Source: Longivirga aurantiaca
Lineage (GTDB): Bacteria > Actinomycetota > Actinomycetes > S36-B12 > CAIYMF01
Reading direction: 5' to 3'
Length of the DNA: 32,000 bases
Assembly (NCBI RefSeq): GCF_042660085.1
Contig: NZ_JBHSTI010000002.1
Coordinates: forward strand, 300,001-332,000
Below are positions 20,343 to 29,432 of the stretch, in pieces. The number at the start of each line of letters is the position of its first letter. Position 1 is the first letter of the stretch. The notes beneath the pieces are model-generated. The model was not told where the DNA came from and ran no database searches. It saw nothing but the letters and a program-made list of their open reading frames with translations. Position numbers and translations under genes: made by a program.

Positions 20343-21648
20343 CCCCGGTGATCGCGATGTTCTGCAGGACCACCCGGGCGCCCGGCGACGCGATGTCGAT
20401 CCCCTCGGTCAGGGCGCCGACCGTCGTCGACACGAAGCGGACGCCCTCGATGTACGTCGTCCCGTTCGGCGTCGCGTCCTTGAGGTAGGCACCGCGGCGT
20501 ACGCCGGACACACCGTCGCGCACGTCGACCGTCCCGCCGACGATCACGACGTTGCGGCCGCCGATGATCGTGAGGCCCATCGTGTTCACGAGCGGCCGGT
20601 CGCGCGGAAGCGTGAGGATGTAGTCGCGCGTCACATCGAGCTTGATGCTGACCGAACCTTCGGGGAACGCCATCACCTGAGGGTTGCTGAGCGCGGGGGG
20701 CGAGAAGCGCAGGGCGGCGTCCGAGACGGGTCCCGGGGTCACGGGCGGGGTGCCGGGCGCCCACGTGGTCGGCGCCGGTGACGGGGTGGGCTCGTACGAC
20801 GGCGTCTGCGACGGCGTCGGCTCAGCACTCGCCGACGGCGTCGGCTCGGGAGTGGGTGCCTCGGTCGGGAACTCGGTCGGGAACTCGGTCGGGACGGGCG
20901 TCGGGTCCGGCGTGAACTCGATCGGCACGACGGGGACGTCGACGAGCGTCTCGTCGCTGGGTGTTGTGTCGGTGGGCGCCTCCGAGCCGCTCGGGCTCGG
21001 TGTGCCGTCCGCTTCCAGCGGCGGGAACCACGGCGTGAACGCAGACGTGGCAGCGGGGTCGAACGGCTGGTCGAGCCCGTCCACCACGACCTGGCCGCTG
21101 CTGGTCGTGGTCACCTGCACCGGGTCCGCTCCGGGGCCGGAGACGTCGGACCCACCCGGGCCCATCGTCGCGTCGTCGGCCGAGGCCGTGCCGCTGGCTC
21201 GGTAGAGGCCGTCGGCACCCATGGCCTCGGTCTGCGGCGCACCCGGTACGCCGGTCAGCACGCCACCCACGGCGCGGGCCGCGTCCGACGCACCGGTTCG
21301 CACCACCGGGATCGCCATCATCGCGATCGTCAGCACCGCGATGGAGGCGAGAATCGGCGCGGTTAGGCGGATCCGCGGGCCCGACGCCGCGTGCCGGGGC
21401 CCGCCGACGCGCTCATGCGCGCCGCGGACGACGGCCGCCTCGTGACGACCGCGGGGCGCCGATCCTCGGCGTACCTCGTGCACGAGAGCTCCTCCGGGCG
21501 GGGCTGCTGGTGGCCGCGACGTTAGGCCGAACGGGTGAACGGAAACCGAACGGAGGAAGGCGCTGGGAGGTAGTCGCGCCGAGCCCTCAGCGAGCCCCGC
21601 GGCGATTCCCGCGCTCGGCCCTGGGCCCCGTCGCGCTAGCGTCACGGG

Positions 21649-22926
21649 GTGGCCACGGACAGCAACACGGCGACGTCGAGCGTCGCCGACGTCGCCGCGA
21701 TCCAGCAACGGACCGTCCGCTCGTTGTCGGCGGCCGCCGTGGCCGGGGGCATCGCGGTCGCGGGGTCCATCCCCGCGGGCGCCCTGATCGCCGCCTCGCT
21801 TGCGGACGAGGCGGTCGCCGGTCTCGCCCAGACCACGGGTGTCATCGGGGCCGCAGCCCTGGCGCTTCCGCTGGCGCGCATCGCGTTGTCCCGCGGGCGG
21901 CGGGCCGCCCTCTCGCTCGGCTACGGCCTCGGCGCACTCGGGGCGGTCTTCGTCGTGGTCGCGGGAGCCACGCGGTCGCTCCCGCTCGTCTTCCTCGGTT
22001 CGTTCTTCGTGGGCGTCGCCTCCGCCGCCAGCCTTCAGGCGAGGTACGCCGCCACCGACCTCGCCGTGCCGTCTCATCGCGCGCGGGCGCTCGCGATCGT
22101 CGTGTGGGCGGGCACTGTCGGCGCGGTCCTCGGCCCGAACCTGCTCGAGATGTCGGGGCGGGCAGCGGTGGAGCTCGGACTTCCCCAGCTCACCGGCCCC
22201 TACCTCGTCGCAGCGCTCATGTTCGGTGCCTCCGTGGTCGTGCTGCAGCTCTTCATGCGACCGGACCCCTACCTGCTCTCGCGGTCGTTGGCAGCGGAGG
22301 CGTCCGGGGTGCAGCTGCCGAAGGCGAGCCTGCGCGACGGGCTGCAGCATCTGCGACGGCATCGTCGGGCGGTGCTCGGCGTGACCAGCGTCTCGCTGGG
22401 CCACGTGGTGATGGTCATGGTCATGGTCATGACACCGGTCCACATGGCGCACGTGGACGTGTCGTTGAACCTCATCGGGCTCGTGATCTCGGTGCACGTG
22501 CTCGGGATGTACGCCTTCTCGCCCGCCGTCGGCTGGCTCGTCGACCGGTACGGCAGGGTGCCGATGATCCTGGTGGGAGCCGCCATCCTGCTCGTCTCCT
22601 GCGTGGTGTGCGGGCTCGCACCGTCCGACGCCGTGCCCGTTCTCGCGGTCGGCCTGTTCCTCCTCGGGCTCGGCTGGTCGTTCACCCTCATCGCCGGGTC
22701 GACCCTCGTGAGCGACGACGTCGAGGAGAACGAGCGCCCGTCGGTGCAGGGCCTGTCCGACCTCTGCATGAACCTCGCTGCGGCCGTGGGCGGGGCGATC
22801 GCCGGCTTCATCGTCGCGGGGTCGTCGTACGCCGTGCTCTGCGCCGTCGCAGTCGTGCCCGTCCTCCTCCTCGTCGCGATGGCCGCGAGCCCGGCCATGC
22901 GCCGACCCGCGGCGCCGGTGTCGTGA
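21649..22926 (+). CDS. MFS transporter
   Basis: 425 aa, about 12 TM helices; FLGSFFVGVASAASLQARYAATDLAVPSHRARALAIVVWAGTVGAVLGPNL...GWLVDRYGRVPMILVGAAILL. GTG start. Confidence 0.92.
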   Translation: MATDSNTATSSVADVAAIQQRTVRSLSAAAVAGGIAVAGSIPAGALIAASLADEAVAGLAQTTGVIGAAALALPLARIALSRGRRAALSLGYGLGALGAVFVVVAGATRSLPLVFLGSFFVGVASAASLQARYAATDLAVPSHRARALAIVVWAGTVGAVLGPNLLEMSGRAAVELGLPQLTGPYLVAALMFGASVVVLQLFMRPDPYLLSRSLAAEASGVQLPKASLRDGLQHLRRHRRAVLGVTSVSLGHVVMVMVMVMTPVHMAHVDVSLNLIGLVISVHVLGMYAFSPAVGWLVDRYGRVPMILVGAAILLVSCVVCGLAPSDAVPVLAVGLFLLGLGWSFTLIAGSTLVSDDVEENERPSVQGLSDLCMNLAAAVGGAIAGFIVAGSSYAVLCAVAVVPVLLLVAMAASPAMRRPAAPVS

Positions 22927-23897
22927 CCGCGATCCCGTTACGCGTGCCGCAGGCAGCCAGCGCCGTGCGGCCGACCTGGGACGGCCTGCCGGCCGAGGTG
23001 CGCCACGCCATCGAGGAGTGCGCGGGATCGTCTGTGCGCCAAGCGGTTTCGCAGGGCGGCGGATTCACCAGCGGGTTTGCGAGCCGCCTCGAGCTGGAGG
23101 ACGGACGACGCCTGTTCGTGAAGGCAGCGACGTCCGAGCAGCACGTCTTCGCCCGACCGTCGTACGAGCGGGAGTCGGCGGTGGTGCGGGGGCTTCCGGC
23201 TGCCGTTCCTGCACCGCGGGTGCTCTGGACGCGTGATCTCGGCGCATGGTTCGTGGCTGCCTTCGAGGACGTCGAAGGCCGGCATCCCCTGCGGCCGTGG
23301 GACCCGTCGGAGCTGTCGGCGGTGGTCGACCTGTGCGTGCTGCTCGCCGACGAGCTCACGCCCGTGCCTGAGGCGCTGCCTGCGCCCCACCCGCTGACGG
23401 AATGGGACGACGACTTCTCGTTCTGGCGTCGCCGCTCCTCCGGCGACCAGGCGGCGCTGGCCGTGCCGCTCGCGGAGGGGTGGGCGCCGCTGGTCGGCGA
23501 CCTCGCGGCCGCCGAGGCGTCGTGGACCGTGCGGTGCGCGGGGACGACGGGCCTGCACTTCGACCTGCGCGACGACAACCTCCTCGTGCGGCCGGACGGC
23601 TCGGTGGTCGTGTGCGACTGGAACCACCTCACCCTCGGGGCCGCCTGGCTCGACCTCGCGGCGCTGCTCGTGTCGGTGCACGGGGACGGCCTCGACGCCG
23701 ACACGCTGTGGGCGGCGAGCCCGCTCACCGACGGCGTCGACGAGGACGCGCTGGTCGCGTTCCTTGCTGCTGTCGCGGGCTTCTTCGTGGACGTCGCGGC
23801 GCAGGAGGAGGTGCCGGGATCGCCGTACCTGCGCGAGCACCAGGCCTGGTGGCGCGATGCGTCCCTCTCCTGGCTGGACTCCCGGCTCCAGGGCTGA
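22923..23897 (+). CDS. Aminoglycoside phosphotransferase (APH)-family kinase-like protein
   Basis: GTG start overlapping the MFS stop; GGGFTSGFASRLELEDGRRLFVKAAT...TTGLHFDLRDDNLLVRPDGSVVVCDWNHLTLGAAWLDLAALLVS (HxDxxxxN and D-W motifs). Embedded in the 21510..23897 ORF. Confidence 0.88.
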   Translation: MTAIPLRVPQAASAVRPTWDGLPAEVRHAIEECAGSSVRQAVSQGGGFTSGFASRLELEDGRRLFVKAATSEQHVFARPSYERESAVVRGLPAAVPAPRVLWTRDLGAWFVAAFEDVEGRHPLRPWDPSELSAVVDLCVLLADELTPVPEALPAPHPLTEWDDDFSFWRRRSSGDQAALAVPLAEGWAPLVGDLAAAEASWTVRCAGTTGLHFDLRDDNLLVRPDGSVVVCDWNHLTLGAAWLDLAALLVSVHGDGLDADTLWAASPLTDGVDEDALVAFLAAVAGFFVDVAAQEEVPGSPYLREHQAWWRDASLSWLDSRLQG

Positions 23898-23929
23898 GCG
23901 CCCGCCCCGACGGGACCGTTCACGGATCC

Positions 23930-23953
23930 ACCTCCGCCCGTTCACCCGGAGGT
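23930..23953. terminator. Candidate hairpin downstream of the APH-like gene
   Basis: acctccg / cggaggt 7-bp stem, 10-nt loop; no clear T-tract. Confidence 0.35.
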
Positions 23954-24017
23954 CGGCCTCCGGCATGCCCGGCTCGGCAGGCTGCGGTCGCCGCCGGAGC
24001 TCCGTCGGCTTCTCGAC

Positions 24018-24398
24018 GTGCGCAAAGGGGGCGATCGCGTGTCCGCTCCCCGGTTCCGGCTCGTCCCGGGCGGCCGCCTGGTGCACGAGCCAGGCAGGGG
24101 AGGCGTCGGCTGGCGCCTCCTCGGGGCCAACAACCGGGAGCTCGGCCGGTCCGCCCTCGCCTACGCGGACGCCGAGGCGGCCCTCGCGGCGATCGGGGAC
24201 GTCCGGGTCCTCGCAGCGGGCGGCGGGGCGCACATCGTGCACAACCCGACCACCGGCCGGTGGGCGTGGCACCTCATCACGGCCTATGACCTGGTGGTCG
24301 CGACGTCCGGGCGAGGGTTCCGGCACGAGCGCGAGTGCCGCTACAACCTCGAGCAGTTCCGTGCCCATGCGCCCTCGGCGACAGTCGTGGATGCATGA
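24018..24398 (+). CDS. Conserved hypothetical protein (YegP/DUF1508-like, tentative)
   Basis: 126 aa; RFRLVPGGRLVHEPGRGGVGWRLLGANNRELGRSALAYADAEAALAAIGDVR..., resembling the WRLxxxNgrvla/S..Y pattern. Confidence 0.6.
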   Translation: MRKGGDRVSAPRFRLVPGGRLVHEPGRGGVGWRLLGANNRELGRSALAYADAEAALAAIGDVRVLAAGGGAHIVHNPTTGRWAWHLITAYDLVVATSGRGFRHERECRYNLEQFRAHAPSATVVDA

Positions 24399-24419
24399 CG
24401 TGCTCGGCCCCGCCGTTCG

Positions 24420-25304
24420 CTACAGGGCGCGCGAACCCGAGTCGCCGACGGTTCCGTCGGTGCGGACGAAGAACCAGGACCAGCCGGTGGAGCGCAGGCG
24501 GAGGTCGAGCACGCCGTACGTGCCGGAGATGCGCTTCACCGTGAATGGCCCGTAGCCCGTCGCGAAGCTGCGCAGCGACGCGCCGCCGGTGCCGACGACG
24601 AACGCCTGCACGCTGTGAGTGCTCGTGACAGGCACGCTCATGCGCTCGTAGTCGTGGTCGTGCCCCCAGAGGACGATCCTCACGTCGCGGTCGCGCGCAG
24701 CAGTGGCCCACATCGTCTGGGTGTCCGTGGCGTTGCGGTGCTCGCCCGTCGAGTAGCGCGGCCTGTGCCAGACCACGATCGTGGGGCGCCCGTTGTTGGC
24801 GGCGAGCGCCGACTTCAGGTACGCGATCTGCGTGCTGCTGCCGGCCTTCTCGCTGTCGAGGCCGATGACGGTCCAGGCGCCGATGCGGTGCGTCCACCAC
24901 GTGACGCCGGTGATGCCGAAGTAGGCCTTGTAGCCGGAGGCCCCCGAGGTCATGTACTCGTGATTGCCAGGCACCGGCCAGGTGATGGCCTTGAACTTCC
25001 CGTACGACGGGTTGTAGTAGTTCGCGAAATTCGACTTCGACCCGGCGTTGTACGCCAGGTCGCCGAGGGCGATCAGGCGCTGCGGCTGACGCTTGGTGAC
25101 GATGGCGGCGGTGCGCGCCTGCGCCCCGCCGGCGCTGGCGATGTCGCCGACCGCGACGATCCGGGTGCCGAGGGCGGACGTCGCCGCAGGGACGACAGCG
25201 CCGGGTGTGGCGGGAGCCGCTGACGCGACGCCCCCGGCAGTGGCGAGCAGAGCCAGGGCGGCGAGCGCGGCAGCGGTGCGCAGACGGAGCAGGGCGGTGG
25301 TCAC
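24420..25304 (-). CDS. Secreted metallophosphoesterase (calcineurin-like)
   Basis: Signal peptide (TTALLRLRTAAALAALALLATAGGVASA), VAVGDIAS, LIALGDLAYNAGS, WPVPGNHEY, WHRPRYSTG, LWGHDHDYERM. Confidence 0.9.
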   Translation of the reverse strand: MTTALLRLRTAAALAALALLATAGGVASAAPATPGAVVPAATSALGTRIVAVGDIASAGGAQARTAAIVTKRQPQRLIALGDLAYNAGSKSNFANYYNPSYGKFKAITWPVPGNHEYMTSGASGYKAYFGITGVTWWTHRIGAWTVIGLDSEKAGSSTQIAYLKSALAANNGRPTIVVWHRPRYSTGEHRNATDTQTMWATAARDRDVRIVLWGHDHDYERMSVPVTSTHSVQAFVVGTGGASLRSFATGYGPFTVKRISGTYGVLDLRLRSTGWSWFFVRTDGTVGDSGSRAL

Positions 25305-25587
25305 GACGACTCCTCGGGTCGGACCGATCATTGCCCCGCAGGACCGCGCCTGTCCTCTGCCGGTCCGCATGACGGACTCGACGGGGCTGCGCGTTGTGGT
25401 CAGCGGCCGACCGTCTGGGCGACCGGCGTCCGCTGCTGTACCGGCGCGGGTCCTGCGTCGGCGGGATGGGCGAGGGCAGCGACGAGCCCCAGCGCGAGCA
25501 GCGGCGGTACGACGATCCGGACGGTGTCCCTCGTGATCCTCATGACGCATCTCCTTGACGTGGCGTCATGGCGGTGATCGGCGCGGG

Positions 25588-26541
25588 CTAGCCGTGGTCT
25601 CGAATCCCGTCCCCCGTACGGCGTAGAGGTACGCGGGCGAGGCCCTGCACCAGCGCGACGCCCGACAGCACGATCAGCGCTCCGACCGGCTGGTTCCACG
25701 TGAGCGCCTCGCCCAGGAGGAGCACGCCGGCGGCCGTGGACACCACGGGCATGGCGTAGGTCACCGAGGCGGCCACCACGCCGCCCGTGTCGGCGATCAG
25801 CCGGAAGTTCAGCAGGAACGCCCACCCGGTGCCGAGCACGCCGAGGAACACCATCGACCAGGCCGCCACCGGCGTGACGTCGGACGGTGCCGAGCTGAAC
25901 AGCAGGGTCAGCACGCCGAGCTGCAGCGACGACATCAGCAGCTGGCCCGACATCAGCGACACGGCGGGTTCTGCGCGATGGACGAGACGCCGTCGCGTGT
26001 AGGGCATCCCGATGCCGTAGCAGGCGGTCGCCGCGATGCACGCGAGGCTGCCGAGCGGGTCGCCCCCGTTGCCGAGGTCCCAGAAGCCGAGCACGACGAG
26101 GGCGCCGAGGAAGCCGATCGCCAGGCCGACGAGCTTCTCGCGCGTGGCCTTCTCCCACGGCGTGATGAGCAGCCCGAACGCCAGCACGAAGAGCGGCGTC
26201 GCCGCGTTCCAGATGCCGGCCAGCACGGATGACACGCGCGTCTCGGCCCACGCGAACAACAGGTACGGAAGCGTGTTCAGCAGGAGGGCGACGACGGCGA
26301 GGTCTATCCACACCACCCGTCCGCGCGGCAGCCGCGTTCGGGTGGCCGCCGCGACGAGCAGGAGCGTGAGCGCGCCGAGGAAGCAACGCCCGAAGGCGAC
26401 CTGCACCGGCTCGAACGACTCGAGCGCGAGCTTGATGAAGTAGAAGACGAAGCCCCACACGACCGTGAGACCGACCCACGCGCCCAGCCACTCGCGCGGC
26501 GGGGGCGTGTGCCGCTCGGCGGAGGGATGCGTGGTGGCCAC
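25588..26541 (-). CDS. EamA/DMT family transporter
   Basis: WLGAWVGLTVVWGFVFYFIKLALESFEPVQVAFGRCFLGALTLLLVAA... ten-TM drug/metabolite transporter pattern. GTG start at 26541; embedded in the 25588..27762 ORF. Confidence 0.9.
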   Translation of the reverse strand: MATTHPSAERHTPPPREWLGAWVGLTVVWGFVFYFIKLALESFEPVQVAFGRCFLGALTLLLVAAATRTRLPRGRVVWIDLAVVALLLNTLPYLLFAWAETRVSSVLAGIWNAATPLFVLAFGLLITPWEKATREKLVGLAIGFLGALVVLGFWDLGNGGDPLGSLACIAATACYGIGMPYTRRRLVHRAEPAVSLMSGQLLMSSLQLGVLTLLFSSAPSDVTPVAAWSMVFLGVLGTGWAFLLNFRLIADTGGVVAASVTYAMPVVSTAAGVLLLGEALTWNQPVGALIVLSGVALVQGLARVPLRRTGDGIRDHG

Positions 26542-26637
26542 CGGCACAGGCTGCCGTACGGCGGATCGCTCTGCCGGACCGGGCGCTCGTGCTCGTGTCG
26601 CACCGGGGCCAGGGCCCCGCGGCGAGAGGATGGCCGC

Positions 26638-27384
26638 GTGACCGAGACACCCCTCGCCCATCGGCGTCACACCTACGAGGACCGGTCCTCGATCGTCCTG
26701 TTCGCCGCCGCCGTGCTGTTCCTCGCCGGGCTCCTCGAGTTGATCGCAGGCGCGGGCGACACCGCGACCGGCAGCTTCCTCATCGCGATCTCGTGGGTCG
26801 TGTTCGCGCTCGACCTCGTCATCCGCATCGCGCTCGACGACGACAGGCGGGCCTTCCTCCGCAGGCACTGGTTCGAGGTGGTCGCCGTCGCGATCCCCTT
26901 CTTCCGGATCGGCATGATCGCGTACGTGTTCGTCCGGCTGGCCTTCCACCGGGGACGGCTCATCCAGCGCGTACAGGTCTACGCCGCGTACCTGACCGTG
27001 CTCATCGTCATCTTCGGCGCGGTGCTCGTGCTGGCGGCCGAACGCGACTACCCGGACTCGAACATCCACTCGTACGGCGACGCGATCTGGTGGGCTCTGG
27101 TCACGGTCACCACCGTCGGCTACGGCGACTACGTGCCGGTGAGCCCGACCGGGCGGGTCATCGCCACGCTCATGCTCGTCAACGGCGTGGTGCTCATCTC
27201 GGTCGTCACCGCCATCATCGCCGCGCGCTTCGTGCAGGACCCCGACCAGGGCGAGAACGCGGTCACTCTCGACGTGCTCGACGAGCGGCTCGCCCGCATC
27301 GAGGTCGCCCTCGCGCGCCTGCAGTCCGCTGGTGGCACCGACCCGGACGACCCGCCGGGCCAGGCCGAGGGCCATCCCTCCTGA
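26638..27384 (+). CDS. Potassium/ion channel family protein
   Basis: VTETPLAHRRHTYEDRSSIVLFAAAVLFLAGLLELIAG..., pore/selectivity filter AIWWALVTVTTVGYGDYVPVSPTGRVIATLMLVNGVVLIS. Confidence 0.93.
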   Translation: MTETPLAHRRHTYEDRSSIVLFAAAVLFLAGLLELIAGAGDTATGSFLIAISWVVFALDLVIRIALDDDRRAFLRRHWFEVVAVAIPFFRIGMIAYVFVRLAFHRGRLIQRVQVYAAYLTVLIVIFGAVLVLAAERDYPDSNIHSYGDAIWWALVTVTTVGYGDYVPVSPTGRVIATLMLVNGVVLISVVTAIIAARFVQDPDQGENAVTLDVLDERLARIEVALARLQSAGGTDPDDPPGQAEGHPS

Positions 27385-27427
27385 CGAGCCCGGCCCGGAC
27401 CACCGGTCGGCCTCGTAGGGTCGGGGC

Positions 27428-27784
27428 ATGGCCTTCACGCAGACCGCCCACGTGGTGCACGCCGTCGCCCTGCCCGACGCCGACCTCACCGAGTCGCCGC
27501 TCGCGCCCGACCAGGTGGTGTCTGGCGCCCCGGAGGTGCGGTTCCTCGCCCTGCACGAGAGCGACGACCTCGCGGTCGGGCTGTGGCAGCACTCGACCGG
27601 CGTGAGCACCGACGTCGAGGCCGACGAGGTCTTCGTCGTGCTGAGCGGTCGAGCCACGATCGAGATCGCGGACGGCCCGACGCTGGAGGTCGGCCCGGGC
27701 GACGTGGGGCTCCTCCCGGCCGGTGCGGTCACCCGCTGGACCATCCACGAGACCCTCCGCAAGGTGTACGTCGTCCGCCCCTAG
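27428..27784 (+). CDS. Cupin domain-containing protein
   Basis: VEADEVFVVLSGRATIEIADGPTLEVGPGDVGLLPAGAVTRWTIHETLRKVYVV. Confidence 0.88.
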   Translation: MAFTQTAHVVHAVALPDADLTESPLAPDQVVSGAPEVRFLALHESDDLAVGLWQHSTGVSTDVEADEVFVVLSGRATIEIADGPTLEVGPGDVGLLPAGAVTRWTIHETLRKVYVVRP

Positions 27785-27979
27785 GAGGGGCTCTGACCTG
27801 CGACGACGCAGCGGCGATCGAGCGCCGCCCGCACTCCGTGCACCCGTGCGGTGGACAGTCGGAGGACCCTTTCCCGGGGTGAATGACACGGGTGGGATTC
27901 GACCCGTAGAGTGGCCGCACGCACCCGGGCCGAAGGCGCGCGGGAGCGACCGCAGGACGCACGAGAGGGGACCGCCGCG

Positions 27980-28270
27980 ATGGACGCCGCGCGCGCCGTA
28001 GGGAGCACGCAGAGCCGCGAGGTGCTCTCCGACCGCGACCGCGAGATCCTCGAGTTCGAGCGCCAGTGGTGGAAGTACGCCGGCGCCAAGGAGCAGGCGA
28101 TCCGCGAGCTCTTCGACATGAGCGCCACCCGCTACTACCAGGTGCTCAACACCCTGCTCGACAACCCGGCCGCGCTCGAGGCCGACCCCATGCTCGTCAA
28201 GCGGCTGCGCCGCATGCGCGCCTCGCGCCAGCGCGCCCGGTCCGCCCGGCGTCTCGGCATCGAGCTGTAG
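27980..28270 (+). CDS. DUF3263 domain-containing protein
   Basis: LSDRDREILEFERQWWKYAGAKEQAIRELFDMSATRYYQVLNTLLDNPAALEADPMLVKRLRRMRASRQRARSARRLG. Confidence 0.93.
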   Translation: MDAARAVGSTQSREVLSDRDREILEFERQWWKYAGAKEQAIRELFDMSATRYYQVLNTLLDNPAALEADPMLVKRLRRMRASRQRARSARRLGIEL

Positions 28271-28303
28271 CTCGGCCCTCGCCCCGGCAACCCGGAGGCT
28301 GCG

Positions 28304-28996
28304 ATGACGACGAACGGCGACGATCCCGGCACAGGCGCACGCCCGCAGCCGGGCACGCCTCCCGACCCCACCCCCTCCGGGCCCGAGGACGTCCTCCCCG
28401 CCCGTCCCCCGGGACGCCGCGCCAAGCCGCCCGTCGAGGGCACGCCGTCCCCCCTCGGCCGGGTCCTGCTCCCCGTGGCCCTGCTCGTGGTCGCCGTCGT
28501 CGCCGTGCTCGCAGCCTGGGGCCGGCTGCAGGCGGACGAGTCCGTGGTGGCCGGCGGCCCGACCAGCCCGGCCGCCAGCCCGACCTCCTCCTCCTCCTCC
28601 TCGCCGTCGCCCTCGTCGTCCTCGCCCACCCCGAAGCCCTCGAAGACCACGACGCCCACCCCGACCCCGTCGGACACGCCGACCGAGAGCCCGAGCCCGA
28701 CCGCGGTCGTCATCGACCGGTCGGTGCCGGTCACGGTGCTCAACGGCACGCGTCGCACGGGGCTCGCGGCCAAGGTCGCGGCCGACCTCAAGTCCAAGGG
28801 CTGGACGGTCGTATCGATCGGCAACTGGCGTGGGGGCGGCGTCGACACCACGACGGTGTTCGTCGACGGACGCGACGACGCCGCCGCCACGATGCGCCGC
28901 GACCTCAAGGCAGCTGACGCCACCGAGGAGCCGATCGGCGCCATGCGGACCAACCGCATCACGGTCGTGATCATGGACGATTACCCGACGAGCTGA
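28304..28996 (+). CDS. LytR C-terminal domain-containing protein
   Basis: Pro-rich N-terminus, one TM (VLLPVALLVVAVVAVLAAWGRL), S/P/T linker, VPVTVLNGTRRTGLAAKVAADLKSKGWTVVSIGNWRGGGVDTTTVFV. Confidence 0.88.
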   Translation: MTTNGDDPGTGARPQPGTPPDPTPSGPEDVLPARPPGRRAKPPVEGTPSPLGRVLLPVALLVVAVVAVLAAWGRLQADESVVAGGPTSPAASPTSSSSSSPSPSSSSPTPKPSKTTTPTPTPSDTPTESPSPTAVVIDRSVPVTVLNGTRRTGLAAKVAADLKSKGWTVVSIGNWRGGGVDTTTVFVDGRDDAAATMRRDLKAADATEEPIGAMRTNRITVVIMDDYPTS

Positions 28997-29000
28997 GGCC

Positions 29001-29432
29001 TCACGTGGTGCCGCGGCGTCGCGCGCTGCGCAGCGGGCGCTCGGTGTAGCCGCCGTCGGCCAATCCGGCCCGTCGCTCGAACACGTTGCGGCTGAAGTGA
29101 TCCCCGGTGCGGGCGTAGGACCACGCGACGGCGACCAGGTAGAGCGGCAGGAAGACAAGGACGCACCAGGCCCACTGCGTCGCGTGCCGGCCCTCGTGCC
29201 GCAGCAGCTCGTCGGTCACGTGGTCGGTGCGCAGGATGACGACGTTGCCGACGGTCACCGCGCGCGCCTTCGGGAAGGTGCCCGTTGCGCCCCGGCCGAG
29301 CACCAGGCCGTGAGGGCCCTTCTCGAGCCGCGCGCCCTCGCTCTTGGCGAGCAGGAGGCCGGCGAGGGTCGAGAAGTTGAGCGCGTTGACCAGCCGACGC
29401 AGCCGGTACCCGGGTGCGATCGGCTCAGCCAT
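29001..29432 (-). CDS. Conserved hypothetical protein (often described as Fe-S oxidoreductase-like in actinobacteria)
   Basis: ATG at 29432; MAEPIAPGYRLRRLVNALNFSTLAGLLLAKSEGARLEKGPHGLVLGRG...TDHVTDELLRHEGRHATQWAWCVLVFLPLYLVAVAWSY; HEGRH motif. Confidence 0.78.
   Translation of the reverse strand: MAEPIAPGYRLRRLVNALNFSTLAGLLLAKSEGARLEKGPHGLVLGRGATGTFPKARAVTVGNVVILRTDHVTDELLRHEGRHATQWAWCVLVFLPLYLVAVAWSYARTGDHFSRNVFERRAGLADGGYTERPLRSARRRGTT

Larger units (their letters stand above)
20167..21483 (-). pseudogene. Membrane-anchored Pro/Thr-rich surface protein with truncated parallel beta-helix domain; C-terminus replaced by transposase-remnant DNA
   Basis: GTG at 21483; one TM segment (IRLTAPILASIAVLTIAMMAIPVV), long P/T/E/S-rich linker, then VTRDYILTLPRDRPLVNTMGLTIIGGRNVVIVGGTVDVRDGVSGVRRGAYLKDATPNGTTYIEGVRFVSTTVGALTEGIDIASPGARVVLQNIAITG; after ITG the frame reads through the transposase DNA in the wrong frame, ending at the tRNA 3' edge. 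Confidence 0.7.

Noticed and set aside
20095-21483. tRNA-Thr as attachment site of an integrated genomic island or prophage
   Set aside because: No integrase, no duplicated tRNA 3' end was noticed, and flanking genes look chromosomal; only an IS remnant is present.
21484-22497. N-terminal extension of the 776-aa minus-strand ORF
   Set aside because: Runs antisense through the MFS gene with low-quality composition; a plausible start is GTG at 21483.
28570-28640. Dense tcc/tcg repeats resembling a microsatellite
   Set aside because: Encodes an ordinary Ser/Pro/Thr linker in the LytR_C protein; common in actinobacterial surface proteins.
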